Source: Candidatus Krumholzibacteriia bacterium
Lineage (GTDB): Bacteria; Krumholzibacteriota; Krumholzibacteriia; Krumholzibacteriales; Krumholzibacteriaceae
Length of the DNA stretch: 64,000 nucleotides
Direction of reading: 5' to 3'
Assembly: GCA_963836185.1 (NCBI GenBank)
Contig: CAWIIQ010000001.1
Span: 2,112,001-2,176,000 of the forward strand
The translations under genes and the position numbers were made by a program. Below are positions 52,081-59,954 of the stretch, piece after piece. The first letter of the stretch is position 1; the number at the start of each line of letters is the position of its first letter. The notes below the pieces were generated by a model. The model was not told the DNA's origin and searched no databases. It saw nothing but the letters and a program-made list of their open reading frames with translations.

Positions 52081-52200
52081 CACCTTCTCCCATCCAGACT
52101 GTAACTGTCGGCTCCGGAATTTCACCGGATCGGTGAGCCTTTCGGCCCATTCGCGGGCTTTGACCGCCGGTGGGGAATCTCACCCCGCCCCGAAGGTTGT
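52081..52200 (-). ncRNA. FMN riboswitch (RFN element)
   Basis: Minus strand CCTTCGGGGCGGGGTGAGATTCCCCACCGGCGGT...AGCCCGCGA...GATCCGGTGAAATTCCGGAGCCGACAGTTACAGTCTGGATGGGAGAAGG, upstream of ribD. Confidence 0.97.
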
Positions 52201-52204
52201 AATT

Positions 52205-53125
52205 TCATATAAATCTACACGAGTCGCAGCTCTGTGTCAAGCCTCTGACGGGCCGCATCAGGGCCGAGATGAACTCGGAATGATCGAACGGTTCGAGGTC
52301 GTCGGCGCTCTCGCCGACCCCGACGAAGAGCACGGGGACGCCGAGCTTCTGCTGTATGGGGATAACGGCACCGCCCTTGGCCGTGCTGTCGAGCTTGGTG
52401 AGGACTATGCCTGTCACGGGCAGCCCGTTAGTGAAGGCCTCTGCCTGCCGAAGCGAGTTCTGCCCCGAGTTGGCGTCGATGACGAGCCATGCCTCGAGAG
52501 CTATTCCATCCATCCTGTCCCGCAGGACCCTGAAAATCTTGCCAAGTTCCTCCATCAGGTTGACCTTTGTGTGCAGCCGCCCTGCGGTATCGACGATGAC
52601 GATGTCTATTCCCTTCGCTTTGGCAGACTGCACGGCGTCGAAAGCGACCGCCGCAGGATCGGAGCCCATATTCTGCCTGACGACCGGCGTTCCTGTCCTC
52701 TTGCCCCACAGTTCGAGCTGGTCTATCGCCGCCGCGCGGAAGGTGTCGCACGCGGCGAGCATCACGCTCTTTCCCTCTTCCTTGAACCTCGCTGCCAGCT
52801 TGCCGATCGTCGAGGTCTTGCCGACGCCGTTAACGCCGACGATCACAATCACCCTCGGGCTCCCCTCGGGAAGGGGAGGCGCTGGGATCTCGTCGATTAT
52901 CGAGAGGAGCTCATCGGCCACCGCCTGCATGTGGTCACCCGCTCCGCGCAAGCGGATGCTCTCGACGATCCGCTCGGTCGCCTCCACGCCGAGATCGGCG
53001 GAATAGAGGATCGACTCCGCCTCCTCGATAGCTTCGTCGTCCAGCTCGCCGGATGACAGGGCTTCACGCAGAGGGCGCAGAAAACGCTCCCTGGTCTTCC
53101 TCAATCCCTGGAAGATGCGTTTCAT
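52205..53125 (-). CDS. ftsY: SRP receptor FtsY (short, NG domain only)
   Basis: GLRKTR, GVNGVGKT, DTFRAAA, DTAGR, TKLDSTAKGG, GVGE. Confidence 0.98.
   Translation of the reverse strand: MKRIFQGLRKTRERFLRPLREALSSGELDDEAIEEAESILYSADLGVEATERIVESIRLRGAGDHMQAVADELLSIIDEIPAPPLPEGSPRVIVIVGVNGVGKTSTIGKLAARFKEEGKSVMLAACDTFRAAAIDQLELWGKRTGTPVVRQNMGSDPAAVAFDAVQSAKAKGIDIVIVDTAGRLHTKVNLMEELGKIFRVLRDRMDGIALEAWLVIDANSGQNSLRQAEAFTNGLPVTGIVLTKLDSTAKGGAVIPIQQKLGVPVLFVGVGESADDLEPFDHSEFISALMRPVRGLTQSCDSCRFI
52212..52240 (-). promoter_or_regulatory. Sigma70-type promoter of the rib operon
   Basis: TTGACA, 17 nt, TAGATT immediately upstream of the riboswitch, overlapping the 3' end of ftsY. Confidence 0.8.
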
Positions 53126-53140
53126 CGACCGTTGATTCTC

Positions 53141-56100
53141 CTAGTTGGACGATACCGGAGCCGCCTCGGGCTCCTTCTTCTTCGGGGCCGGCTGCCGCCT
53201 GGCGAGCAGGTCCTCGATCTCGGTGAGGTCGACCGAGACCAGCCTGGAAACACCCTTCTCCTCCATCGTCACCCCGAAGAGCTGGTCCGCGGCCGCCATC
53301 GTCCGCTTGTTGTGAGTGATGATGATGAACTGCGTCTCCACGGAGAACTTCTTCAGCATCTTTACGAACCTCTGGATGTTCGCGTCGTCGAGAGGCGCGT
53401 CGACTTCGTCGAAGATGCAGAAGGGGCTCGGCTTTGCCTTGTAGAGAGCGAACAGGAGGGCGAGCGCGGTAAGGGCACGTTCACCGCCCGAGAGGAGCGA
53501 GATGTCCTGTATACGCTTGCCCTTGGGCCTGGCCCTGATGATGATATCCGCCTCGAGAGGATCGCTTCCCTCTCCGAGATGAAGATCGGCCTCGCCGCCC
53601 TCGAAGAGCACTGTGAATATCTCTGAGAAATGACCCTTCACCGCGGTGAAGGTATCGAGGAACATCTTTCTCGCGCGCCTGTTTATCTTTTTTATCGCTT
53701 CGTCCAGTTCCTCCCTCGCCTTGACAAGGTCATCCTTCTGGGTAGTGAGGAACTCGAAGCGCTGGTTCTTTTCTTCATACTCCTCGACGGCGGCCAGGTT
53801 GACCGGCCCGAGGCTCTCGAGTTTGCGTTTCTCCCCGTCGAGCATCTCCTTCGTTATCATCTTCTCTTCCTCGGTCAGAGGGATCTCGACTCCCTCGAGG
53901 TAGCCGCCGAGTTCCTCCTCGTACAGCTCCCTCCCGCGATCGACGAGGTCGTTCATACGGGTCTCGACCGATGACAGGCTTACACGCAGGTCGTTTATCT
54001 TCTCGAAGATCGATTCGCGCTCAGCCTTGCGTTCCTTCAGGGCTCCCTCGATACCGGATATAAGCTCTCGTTTCTCCTCGAGCAGGTCGTGCATCCTGCC
54101 GAGTTCCTCCTCACAGGCGGTCTCCTCATCGAGGAAAGTCTTTACCCCCGCCCGTTCTTCCCCTATCGAGCGCTCGAGCCTCGCCGTCTCTTCCTTCGCC
54201 GAGCTGATCTCGACACTTCTCTGCTCGATGATCGCCCGGAACTGTTTCTCCATCTCGCCATGGCCCCGAAGCTCCTCGTTCTGCCTGTCGAGAGTTCCCT
54301 GCAGAGAGGCGTGCCTGACCTTGCGGGAAGTGAGCTCCGCATCGAGTTCCTCCCTGTTCTTCCTGTAATCCGAAAGCTCGGATTCGAGCCTCTCGGAATC
54401 AGAAATATCGCCTGAGCTCTGCTGCATGGCGAGAGCGAGCTTCGCTTCTTCGAGCTTTGACAGCATCTCTACACGGCCGTTCTCGAGCTCGTCTAGAGAC
54501 TTCATCATCATCGAGGTCTTCTCTTTGCCCATGATGAATTCGCGCTCGACCTCCTGGAATGCTTCGCGCCTCAGTCCGAGTTCCTCTCGGCCCCGGGTGG
54601 ACAGTCTCGCGATCTCCTCGATCCTCTCCCTCAACGACTCCTTCTCGCCGCGCAGGGATCCGCCTTTCTTCTCGAGGCCGTCGATCTCCTTCTCGAACTC
54701 GTTTATCTCACCGGCAAGTCTTTCGATCTCGCCGGTCCTGCCCAGTATCGAAACTTCTTCTCCGGGCGAACCTGAGAAATAGATCCCCCTGCCTCTCGAA
54801 AAGTAGATCCCGGAAAGCGTCACCGCTCCCGCCGCGTTTCCATCACCGGACGCGATGAAAGCGAGGGCGTTCTCTATCGTATCGAAGAGGAATATCCCGT
54901 CGAGCAGCTGGTCGATCGCTCTCTTCGCACCTGATGGAGTATCGACAAAGGAAGCGAGAGCGCCCAGCATCCCGGCCGCTTCAGGCCCGTCCGCTCCTGG
55001 CGCTTTCCAGCCCGGATCGTCGGCGAGCAGCCTGGCCCCTCCGAATTTTCCCTCGGAGAGTTCCCTGGCGAGATCGACCGCTCCGCCGAGACTGTCGATC
55101 ACGACTCCGTCCATCAATCCGCCCATAACGGCTTCGAGCGCCGCGCGGTATTCCTTCTTCGTCTTTATCATATCGGCAAGGGGGCCCCTGACCCTGGAGT
55201 CGCCCTTCTTGAGAACGTGCCTGGCCCCGCCCGGGAATCCTTCAAGATCTTCTTTCATCCTTATGAAGAGCTCATGCCTGCTCCTCATCGCGGCGATCGA
55301 TTCTTTCTTTTCCGCGGCTGCCGCCGCATTCGAGGCGATCTGGGTTTCGACCGTTTCGAGTCTCGCGGTCCGTTCTATGTTTTCGCTTTCGAGAGACGAG
55401 AGCACCCGTTGAGCGTCACTGAGAGCTCCCTGCCTGGCGTCGCGCTCGCCTGCAAGCTCGGCCGTCTCCGATTCGAGGGAGACGATCTGCTCGCGCATGT
55501 TCCCCGCCCTCTCATTGAGATCGGCAAGTATCTTCTCGAAGTGCTCAACCGAACTCTTGACCCGCGCCTGGTCCTGGATGAAATCGAGCTGAGTCTGCTT
55601 CAGGTCGATGAGCTCCACCTGTATCCGTTCCATCTTTATGGAGATCTCCTCGAACAGGCCGCCCAGCTTCTTGATCTCCGCCTCTTCCGAAGCCATCGAT
55701 TCACTCGTCACGGCGACCTCGGTCGCCACTCCCTCCATCCGCTCCGCGATCCTTCCGAGACGCGTCTTAGCCTCCTCGATCTCGCGGCCCGCACGGTCGA
55801 TCAGGCGTTCCGCTTCGCCCTTTCGCTCGCTGAACTGGATCGTCTTTTCCTCGGCGCCCTGGATCTTTCTCCTGACCTCGTACCGCCTGTTCTGCAGATC
55901 GGTGTTCTTCTTCTCCAGATCGATGAGCAGCAGCTTCTCTTTCTCGACCTTCTTCTCGCTTTCCTCGAGCGACACATCATCACGGTCGGTGAGCTCCCGG
56001 CTGCCGGAGAGTTCCTTCTCCGCCTCTCTCTTCTCGGCCAGAAGCCCGGAGAGGCTTCTTCGAAGATGAACGATGCCGTACTCACGGATCCTTTCGCTTA

Positions 56101-56752
56101 TCGTGCGGTAGCGCCTGGCCTTTCCAACCTGGTATTTCAGGGCCCGGACGTTCTTGCCCAGTTCCTCGAGTATGTCATCGAGCCTGAGAAGGTCGTTCTC
56201 AGTCAGCTTGAGTTTCCTCTTCGCCTCTTCGCGCCGCATCCTGTATTTGACGATACCGGCCGCTTCCTCGAACATCTCTCTTCGTTCGCCGTGCGCATCG
56301 TTGAGAACATATTCGACCATCTCCTGCTCGATGACCGAGTATGAATGGCTGCCCGTTCCCGTATCGGCGAAGAGTTCCCTGATGTCCTTGAGCCTGCAGG
56401 GTGATTTGTTGATGAAGTACTCGCTGATACCCGACCGGTAGACCTTTCGCGTTATCGTGATCTCAGCATAATCCAGCGGGAAGGCGCCTCTCTCGTTGCT
56501 CACGGTCATATTTACGAGGGCGAAGCCGGTCGGTTTGTGGACCTCGGTGCCGTTGAAGATGACATTCTCCATCTTCGTACTTCGAAGCTGCCTCGCGCTC
56601 TGCTCACCGAGCACCCACCTGACGGCGTCGACTATATTGGTCTTCCCGCATCCGTTCGGACCGAGGATGCATGTGATGCCGTTCCTGAGATTCAGTGTGG
56701 CGGGATTCATGAATGATTTGAATCCGACTAGTTCCAGTCTGGATAGACTCAC
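53141..56752 (-). CDS. smc: Chromosome partition protein SMC
   Basis: GFKSF, GPNGCGKTN, coiled coils, hinge, LSGGE, DEVDAPLD, ITHN. Confidence 0.98.
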   Translation of the reverse strand: MSLSRLELVGFKSFMNPATLNLRNGITCILGPNGCGKTNIVDAVRWVLGEQSARQLRSTKMENVIFNGTEVHKPTGFALVNMTVSNERGAFPLDYAEITITRKVYRSGISEYFINKSPCRLKDIRELFADTGTGSHSYSVIEQEMVEYVLNDAHGERREMFEEAAGIVKYRMRREEAKRKLKLTENDLLRLDDILEELGKNVRALKYQVGKARRYRTISERIREYGIVHLRRSLSGLLAEKREAEKELSGSRELTDRDDVSLEESEKKVEKEKLLLIDLEKKNTDLQNRRYEVRRKIQGAEEKTIQFSERKGEAERLIDRAGREIEEAKTRLGRIAERMEGVATEVAVTSESMASEEAEIKKLGGLFEEISIKMERIQVELIDLKQTQLDFIQDQARVKSSVEHFEKILADLNERAGNMREQIVSLESETAELAGERDARQGALSDAQRVLSSLESENIERTARLETVETQIASNAAAAAEKKESIAAMRSRHELFIRMKEDLEGFPGGARHVLKKGDSRVRGPLADMIKTKKEYRAALEAVMGGLMDGVVIDSLGGAVDLARELSEGKFGGARLLADDPGWKAPGADGPEAAGMLGALASFVDTPSGAKRAIDQLLDGIFLFDTIENALAFIASGDGNAAGAVTLSGIYFSRGRGIYFSGSPGEEVSILGRTGEIERLAGEINEFEKEIDGLEKKGGSLRGEKESLRERIEEIARLSTRGREELGLRREAFQEVEREFIMGKEKTSMMMKSLDELENGRVEMLSKLEEAKLALAMQQSSGDISDSERLESELSDYRKNREELDAELTSRKVRHASLQGTLDRQNEELRGHGEMEKQFRAIIEQRSVEISSAKEETARLERSIGEERAGVKTFLDEETACEEELGRMHDLLEEKRELISGIEGALKERKAERESIFEKINDLRVSLSSVETRMNDLVDRGRELYEEELGGYLEGVEIPLTEEEKMITKEMLDGEKRKLESLGPVNLAAVEEYEEKNQRFEFLTTQKDDLVKAREELDEAIKKINRRARKMFLDTFTAVKGHFSEIFTVLFEGGEADLHLGEGSDPLEADIIIRARPKGKRIQDISLLSGGERALTALALLFALYKAKPSPFCIFDEVDAPLDDANIQRFVKMLKKFSVETQFIIITHNKRTMAAADQLFGVTMEEKGVSRLVSVDLTEIEDLLARRQPAPKKKEPEAAPVSSN

Positions 56753-56805
56753 CTTGCAGCACCTCCACGCTCATTGGCGTAAATCAGTTGTTATTATCCC
56801 TTGAT

Positions 56806-58299
56806 CTAATCCTTTAACGTCACGACTTTCGCGTAACCGATCTGACGAAGATCGAGAAGATCCAGCCTCGTCGCCACGGCCTCCTCCTTCGTCCGGAACT
56901 CTCCGACGTAGACCCTGTACCATTTCTGCCCGTTGACCTCAGTCTCAAGAACGATCGAGTCGTATCCGTTCTTCTCGAGATAGTCCGTCTCCGTACCGGC
57001 CCTGCTCATCTCCCTGAAAGAAGCTACATGGACCGAATAGTGCGAACCTTCCGGCGCGGGCGTGACGGTACCGGGTTTTGAGACTGGCTGAGTCACGGCG
57101 GGTTCTGTATCACCTCCGCCGGTCACGGCTTCGTCCGTCTTCTCTTCAACCGGTTTCTCGACCGTTTCCCCGGCAGGCCCGGGTTCCGTGACAGTCTCGA
57201 CACTGTCTTCTTCCGCGCCGGTGACGGCAGCGCCATCATCCTGCCCGCGGTCCTTTTTCTCCTGGACATCACGCTGCTTCTGCACGAGCTCCGCGGTCCT
57301 GCTTTCACCTTCCTTGTTGCTTATCGACTTGTGGATCTTGAACCACCAGACAAGGAATATTACGACGACGACAACAACGACCGAAGTGACGACTCTCGGA
57401 AGGCTCATCCCGCCGCCTCTATGTTTTCCGTCGCTGTCGAGGTCGGCTGTCTTTTCTATCGCGCCCGCTTCATACCGCTCCTCGCCTTTTTCCTCATCTC
57501 CGGCCCCTTCTTCCCCGGACCCGTCATCGATGCGGACAGGCGGCATGAACGACCCTTCCCCCGGGGAACCCGAGGCATCCTCTCCGAAACAGACAAGATC
57601 GGCAGGAGGAAGATCTGCGCCCAGGTCTCCGAGGTTCTTCTGAAGCTGGCCCTCGGGCATCTCCTCTAGCCTGCACGAAAGGAAAATAGCGTCTGCGAGC
57701 GACGCGAGCGGATTGACCGCCCCGTCATCGGTATAGAGAGTCGAGCAATATATGATAACGTCATGGCTGCGGCTGAGAAAATCTCTCACTTTTGTGAATT
57801 CCTTCTTCGCGAAGGGGATCGTGCGTGAGACGGGGAATGAACCGGGGCCTACCACGGTCACGCCGTCGATACCAGTCGGCCGGGCGATCGTTTTAAGCGA
57901 ACTTCCGTAGAGCAGCAGGTCCAGGAACCCCTGATCCTCCGTGTTCTCCACAAGGCCGCTGAGCCCCGGCGAGAGAAAATCGAAGTCGACGATCAGGACA
58001 TCCCTGCCGTGCTTCGCGAGGATATGAGCGATCTGCAGAACGGCGAAGTCCCTCGCCAGCCTGTTCTCCCCGACAGACATCGCCAGGATGGAACGGTTTC
58101 CTTCCTCCGTGAATCTTCCCTCGATCCTCGCACCGAGTTCTATGAACCGGTCCAGTTCACGAGCCGATGAAAAATCTCCCGATGACATGAACGCCCTGAT
58201 GCTCTCCTCGCCAAGCAGGATCGAGAACCCGCCTTCGACGTGATCGCCCTTTCGTCCTTCGTCGGGCATTCCGCGTTCTTCATCGCCCATGTGGATCAC
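56806..58299 (-). CDS. Bitopic membrane protein: degenerate ParA/MinD/Wzc-like domain, TM, acidic linker and SPOR domain
   Basis: IAHILAKHGRDVLIVDFDF..PGL...GFLDLL; TM VVTSVVVVVVVIFLVWW; SPOR YSVHVASFR...WYRVYVGEFRTKEEA. Confidence 0.8.
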   Translation of the reverse strand: MIHMGDEERGMPDEGRKGDHVEGGFSILLGEESIRAFMSSGDFSSARELDRFIELGARIEGRFTEEGNRSILAMSVGENRLARDFAVLQIAHILAKHGRDVLIVDFDFLSPGLSGLVENTEDQGFLDLLLYGSSLKTIARPTGIDGVTVVGPGSFPVSRTIPFAKKEFTKVRDFLSRSHDVIIYCSTLYTDDGAVNPLASLADAIFLSCRLEEMPEGQLQKNLGDLGADLPPADLVCFGEDASGSPGEGSFMPPVRIDDGSGEEGAGDEEKGEERYEAGAIEKTADLDSDGKHRGGGMSLPRVVTSVVVVVVVIFLVWWFKIHKSISNKEGESRTAELVQKQRDVQEKKDRGQDDGAAVTGAEEDSVETVTEPGPAGETVEKPVEEKTDEAVTGGGDTEPAVTQPVSKPGTVTPAPEGSHYSVHVASFREMSRAGTETDYLEKNGYDSIVLETEVNGQKWYRVYVGEFRTKEEAVATRLDLLDLRQIGYAKVVTLKD

Positions 58300-59714
58300 T
58301 CCTTCTCTTTCACATCATTCATCGCCGAAGCGAGACTTTCGATAAGCATATCTTCCTGATCGGAGGGTACCGTTCTGAGGTCCACGAATACGGAGTCACC
58401 CCGTACCCTCGCCAGCACCGGCGGATCGAGCCTTCTCAATCCGCGCTCGAGCCGCTGCGGCCCGCCGGTTGTGAGATTAATCCGCAAAAGCACCGTCCGC
58501 AAGGGATTAATAGGAAAGCTTCCCCCGCCGATCGATGATTCCCCTTCTAATACCTCGATCCCGAACCCTTCAGGCGTCATCTTTTCGAGTTTCTCCGCCG
58601 CCCGGCGCGTACGTCCCTCAAGCCCGCTCAGGTCCTCGAGTATCATCCCGAGGGCCGGGATCCGTTCTATCTCTCCGTTCCAGTAGTGGACGAGCACCTG
58701 CTCGAGCCCCGCAAGCGTCATCTTGTCGATGCGAAGCGCCCTCGACAGATGGTTACCGCGCATCCTGCCGATCATGCCCGCCTCCCCGAGGAGTATCCCC
58801 GCCTGCGGGCCGCCGAGTACCTTGTCGCCGCTGAACGAAACGATATCGACTCCCGTGTCGAGCAGGGGAAGGAGGCTCTCCTCTCCTTCGAATCCCTCAT
58901 TCTCGACGGGATAGAGGATACCGCTCCCCTGATCGTACATCACGGGGATATTTCTTTTCCGCCCCAGCTCCGCCAGGGCGGCGACCGGTACCTCGTCTGT
59001 ATATCCGACTACCTTGTAATTGCTCGTATGCACCTTGAGGAGAAGAGTGGCTCCCTCGTCTATCGCCCTCTCGTAATCCCCGAGGTTGGTCCTGTTCGTC
59101 GTCCCCACCTCGATGACCCTCCCCGCGGCCCGGGTAAGGATCTCGGGAAGCCTGAAGCTCCCTCCTATCTCGACGAGTTCTCCTCGCGAGACGGCGACCG
59201 CACCTTCACGGGCGAATGTATCGACGGCAAGAAGGACGGCGGCCGCGTTATTGTTCACGACCAGGGCCCCTTCGCACCCCGCGATCGCGCGGAGCAGGGC
59301 GGTGACCCTTCTCGAACGGCTCGCTCTCGAACCTGTCGCGACATCCATCTCCAGGTCTGTGTACCCGGAAGCGGCAGTCAGTACCGCCGATGCCGTCGCC
59401 GAATCGAGCACTGCCCTGCCGAGGTTGGTATGGAGGATGACTCCCGTCGCGTTGATCACGCGGCGCTGCCTGTCAGCGACCAGGGATCCGATCTCCTTCG
59501 CGGCCGCGGCGACGATACTCTCAAGGATAAGGCCGGCATCCTCGACAGCCTCTGCCCGGCCGCTGACGATCCCCTGCCTGTACGATTCTATCCTGTCCCT
59601 TACGATACGGGTTATGCCGCGGCGCGAGACAAAGTTGACCCGCGCGGCGATCCTCTCGTCTTCGAGAACCCGTTCGACCGAGGGTAAATTCCTCAGAGAG
59701 GCATTCCTGTCCAT
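58296..59714 (-). CDS. selA: L-seryl-tRNA(Sec) selenium transferase
   Basis: LRNLPSVE, VINATGVILHTNLGRA, VVNNNAAAV, SRGELVEIGGSFR, EVGTTNRT, KVHTSNY, FSGDKVLGGPQAG. Start placed at ATG 59714, downstream of the promoter. Confidence 0.96.
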   Translation of the reverse strand: MDRNASLRNLPSVERVLEDERIAARVNFVSRRGITRIVRDRIESYRQGIVSGRAEAVEDAGLILESIVAAAAKEIGSLVADRQRRVINATGVILHTNLGRAVLDSATASAVLTAASGYTDLEMDVATGSRASRSRRVTALLRAIAGCEGALVVNNNAAAVLLAVDTFAREGAVAVSRGELVEIGGSFRLPEILTRAAGRVIEVGTTNRTNLGDYERAIDEGATLLLKVHTSNYKVVGYTDEVPVAALAELGRKRNIPVMYDQGSGILYPVENEGFEGEESLLPLLDTGVDIVSFSGDKVLGGPQAGILLGEAGMIGRMRGNHLSRALRIDKMTLAGLEQVLVHYWNGEIERIPALGMILEDLSGLEGRTRRAAEKLEKMTPEGFGIEVLEGESSIGGGSFPINPLRTVLLRINLTTGGPQRLERGLRRLDPPVLARVRGDSVFVDLRTVPSDQEDMLIESLASAMNDVKEKE

Positions 59715-59749
59715 TCCACCCCTGCCCGTTCTCCTGTTAATCCTGCCAT

Positions 59750-59800
59750 TTTCTACCATATGTTGTGGTGCCCGTCAACTGTTTTAACAATATATTGTAA
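59750..59800 (-). promoter_or_regulatory. selA-operon promoter overlapped by two NrdR-box-like palindromes
   Basis: TTGACG (59778-59773), 17 nt, TAGAAA (59755-59750) with TG extension. Boxes CTACCATATGTTGTGG (59753-59768) and TAACAATATATTGTAA (59785-59800) are 32 bp apart. Confidence 0.6.
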
Positions 59801-59954
59801 GCGGGTTTGTCGGTTTTCTTTACATCTCTTTGCAGGGGAGGTACGGGCCGTCTGGAGGACCTTCCCTGGGCGCGGCGAAATTTGCCGCTTGATGAATGAG
59901 GGGACTATCTGATACACAGCAGATGTAACGAGTTACGGACCCGGGGAGGAACTG

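Noticed and set aside
10-59787. Numerous plus-strand ORFs antisense to the minus-strand genes (e.g. 7860..8858, 38420..39466, 55217..56344)
   Set aside because: These are shadow ORFs typical of high-GC coding DNA, with no recognisable motifs.
59872-59936. Short inverted repeats upstream of the amidase (GCGGCGAAATTTGCCGC; GTAACGAGTTAC)
   Set aside because: Too short to assign, with no U-tract and no recognisable operator.
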